From: Marsupella aquatica
Lineage: Eukaryota > Plantae > Marchantiophyta
DNA: 64,000 nucleotides
Assembly: GCA_973895155.1 (NCBI GenBank)
Contig: OZ316896.1
Coordinates: forward strand, 12,318,549 to 12,382,548
Direction: 5' to 3'
Below, piece after piece: positions 60,640 to 64,000 of the stretch. The position numbers were made by a program, and so were the translations under genes. How positions within the stretch are numbered: position 1 is the first letter of the stretch; each line of letters begins with the position of its first letter. A model generated the notes under the pieces. It was not told the origin of the DNA. It did no database searches and saw only the letters and a program-made list of their open reading frames with translations.

Positions 60640-60994
60640 TGTTGAGCATACAACAATGGCAACGGCAAGCCCATGAACCATCCAACGCACAAGTAGTCTC
60701 GCAAGTAGTCAACATGGAGAGATACATGGTTCATCTCAGCTTGAGGCTACGTCCACGGGAACACATGAGAACTTTATTGCACTCTACGTCTGTCGGTCAT
60801 ACTAAGTCTCTGCAACACAAGATCTCCCTATGTCTTAACTAGCTCCGTAAGAATGAGCCTAAGTTCCTCCTATCCAAGCAAACACCACTTGGGATATAGT
60901 GTGTGCAACCTAGTTAACCTAACCTAGTCTGCGACTAAACTAAGTCCTAACTACGGTTACAATGTAACCCTAGACTAAGAGTAAATGCCTAACA
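60640..60994 (-). mobile_element. Solo LTR related to Copia C
   Basis: TGTTGAGCATA..AACGGCAAGCCCATGAACCATCCAA..GAGGCTACGTCCACGGG..CCTAACA; 5-bp TSD TCACT. Confidence 0.93.
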
Positions 60995-62663
60995 TCACTT
61001 TGGGGGTTTTCAAGCATCAACATCATTGGTGTTCAGTGCAATTGGGTTCTCCCTAGTCTCCCAACCAGGGCTTGAAGGCAACCTGGAGTTGATTAATGGT
61101 GTGTCTGAGCTATTTGCTCTTTCTTGCATACGGGCTTGCATAGTGACAAGTACCCAAAATGATTTCAGATGTGTTTCTGTTTGCTCAAAGTCAAAGTGTT
61201 GTCAAAGAGAACTATAATTGTAGTGTTGTGGTCGGGGTTGTGGTGGCAGGAAGAATGTAGTTGAATAGTAGACTGAGTAGTACTGTCAAGCAAAGAGTTG
61301 TCAAGCAAAAAGTTTTGCCATGTGCCCTTCCTCTGAAAAACTTAAAGGAATGTAAGTTCTTAAAGGAATGTGCCAGAAAAGAAGAGTCAGGAAACTAAAA
61401 CCACAACAGCCCTAGCTGGTCCCTTGCCCCAATTGCATGTCTCAATTGTTTTAAATATATGCTCCTTTCCCTTCCTACCTGGTCTACTTTTCTAGGTACT
61501 TTTGCACAAGCAAATCTTTTCATCCATGGTGTGGCTACACTACCTGTACCCTAAACCCTTTTCAAAAGATCTGATGATCACTATAAACAATGTGATGAAT
61601 TGGAAGACTAAAGAACATTCCCACATTTTTTGTGTTTGTCAATACTAGACAACACCCACCTTTTGGCCGGGTTGCATATTATAGACTTTTTCTTCTATGG
61701 TGGACGCAAGCTGGAAGTCATACAATTGTTACCACTAGACTTTATTTGTGGAGCCCAGAGAGGCATGGCTATGTGGTAGCTCACTTGAGTTGAGACTCAT
61801 AGGTCTAATGTTCAAAAGTCATGATTGACTATTCCCTTTCTGTGGGGTTTCATAGATTATTTTCCCCTTAAAATGGAAATAAAAGACATTATTTGTGTAA
61901 AATTAGTGAGCCAAGTGAGGGCTCTAGACACTCAATAGGCTGTCCATCAGTTAATTTCCCACGGCAGGCTTTTGCAAAGCTTTAGTAGAGGATGGAGGCC
62001 CACTACAACATTCCATAAGTGCAACCTCCATAAATGGAGTCCCTCAATTAGTGCAAGTCTTTTGGTACTTCTAAAAAACATGGGATTTGTAGGATTGCAG
62101 CTTATTCATCCGTGCAATTGGGATTCACCAGACAGAAAAATGAATAATTGCAATCCTCTACAAGAGAAATATTGCACTTATGAATGATTGCAACATTACA
62201 TGGTGAAGCTTTTTCAATTGCATACATCCATAACTAAAAATGGCTATCAACCCCTGTGTACACATTACAATTAGTCAGGTTTCTTGATAAACTTGAAAAG
62301 GGATTCTCCTTCATGCTTGCTGATCCTGCGTAGCACAAGGTTGAACAAGCTGCCCGTTTCTGGGAAGGAAGCATGAAGAAGAGATGTGTGATACCCTAGC
62401 AATGAAGGCTGCCCTGCCTATGATACATTTTTAGTTGGAGTTGAGTAAAGGTGCCCTCAAATTTTACATGTGAGACTCTCCAATTCAACTTCTCAACTTC
62501 TTAACTTCCTCTCAAGATATCCCTCCACTTTGTTGCTTTGCAAATGTGCTAGTAGACAACACAAGAATCCATTGGACCCAAAGCATGAGGCGTTGGGAGG
62601 GTTGGCTCAATATCCACAATCCTTCTACAATTTAGAAATTTTGCCATGAATTTCATTTATGAG

Positions 62664-63160
62664 TAATTGTGATAGGTGCAACTTTTGACTAAAATGCACT
62701 TATGGTATAGTGGAATACCTCTGTAAGTGCTCATCCAATGGTACTCCTGTGGAATTGCACTTAGGGAGGGATGACTGTGCGTCCAGTCAAGTACAAAAGG
62801 GCAGTTGGCTTAAAATGCACAAAAAAACCTATACAATTCCAGGTGTTCCCTCAACTTCAGTTAATTGTGATAAGTGCAACTTTTGGAGGAGTGGAATACC
62901 TCTACAAGTGCAACTCTCAAGGTACTCCTGTGGCATTGCACTTAGGGAGGGATGACAGTGCTTCAAAGACTTTCCTGGTCAGGCACAAAAGTGTAGTAGA
63001 CTCAAATTTCACAGAAAAACCTCTACAAATTCCAGTTATGGACAATTGTGATAAATGCAATTTTTTACTAGAACTGTACTTGTGGCGGAGTGGAATACCT
63101 CCATAAGTGCAACTCCAAAGGTACTCGTGGAATTGCACTTAAGGGACAGGTGACTGTGGT
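62664..63160. repeat. ~190-bp tandem repeat x3
   Basis: AATTGTGATA..TGCAA.TTTT..AGTGGAATACCTC..AAGTGC..GGTACTC..GTGG.ATTGCACTTA x3. Confidence 0.85.
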
Positions 63161-63308
63161 GAAAGAGTATGGAAGGTACAGAAAGTGTAACTAGAGTGTG
63201 AATGATCTACATTTTTGGGTGAGGTGAATAACAAAAGCATTCACGGTTGCTAGCCAGATTTGAATCCACTTCCCAAAGAGCTCCTCTACCACTCATTGTA
63301 GGGGCAGC

Positions 63309-63699
63309 TGGTGTCCATACTGATTCATTCCAGGTAATTAACCCAATACTAACTTCATGAATTGGTGTCCATACTGATTCATTCCAGGTAATTAACCCAA
63401 TACTAACTTCATGAATACTGGCACCGGGCAGCCAGGTAGAGGACTAATCAATGTTAATTTCATTAATTAGCCTCTTTGTCTCTAATTGTGTGTAAGGGGA
63501 TTAAACCTAGGACCTCTCAATCTTAGGCTAATCATTAACCTAAGCCAGTTAGTTAACTCTGCGTAAGTTAGGGTTTAGGGTTTAAAGAGCATTATTGTTT
63601 TCGATTGCCCTTCCCCTTCGTTTTATCTTGAAGCTGCAACCTGAGCATTATTGTTTTCGATTGCCCTTCCCATTCGTTTTATCTTGAAGCTGCAACCTG
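63309..63699. repeat. Two short near-perfect tandem duplications (54 bp x2 at 63309-63415; 56 bp x2 at 63587-63699)
   Basis: TGGTGTCCATACTGATTCATTCCAGG.. x2; GAGCATTATTGTTTTCGATTGCCCTTCCC.. x2. Confidence 0.9.
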
Positions 63700-64000
63700 C
63701 ACGGTGTTTTACGTTAAATCTGGAGATGTTCATGGAAGAATTGAAATGTGACTGGACAAGCGTTTAAGGTTAGTGTTCTGCCCTTCGAATGCTTGCTGCT
63801 CCGCTCTAGTCCAATATGGTGCTGGAAATTTGAATGTGCGAACCATCTGTTCCTGACATTTTTCTTCTATGGAACAATTGATACTAAGACCGCTCATTTG
63901 ATAGGACTAGCGTTTAAGGTAAAGGGTTCTGCCTTCGAATGCTTGCTGCTCTGCTTGAGTTCAATGTTGTGCTGAAAATTTGGATGTGCGAAACTCCTGT

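Noticed and set aside
63568-63583. TTAGGGTTTAGGGTTT as a telomeric array
   Set aside because: Only about two units; at most a telo-box-like motif

Overview
Eukaryotic plant nuclear DNA, probably from a bryophyte such as a liverwort (inferred from gene style, not proven). Host genes: an ankyrin-repeat/PGG-domain (ACD6-like) membrane protein with a truncated 5' duplicate, a single-exon 1388-aa TPR+SET protein, a 4-exon DNL/Zim17 zinc-finger chaperone, eRF1, an intronless ZNF598/Hel2-type E3 ligase, a 4-exon FAD-dependent monooxygenase, and a probable METTL22-like pseudogene. Mobile DNA: three Ty1/Copia LTR retrotransposons (A: 1-1738 +, 3' part only; B: 5505-11450 -, complete, TSD TGTTA; C: 41957-48286 -, Tnt1/Tork-like, truncated 3' LTR), two solo LTRs with TSDs, further LTR remnants, a LINE remnant and many local tandem duplications. 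Top finding: Copia A and B have diverged LTRs, yet both carry an extra ANTISENSE gene between pol and the PPT. It encodes an N-terminal amphipathic helix, a conserved PSAP (ESCRT late-domain-like) motif and a C-terminal RNase H1/caulimovirus-viroplasmin RNA:DNA-hybrid-binding domain. Differences between the two copies of that domain are mostly synonymous. All coordinates, splice models and counts were derived by eye.
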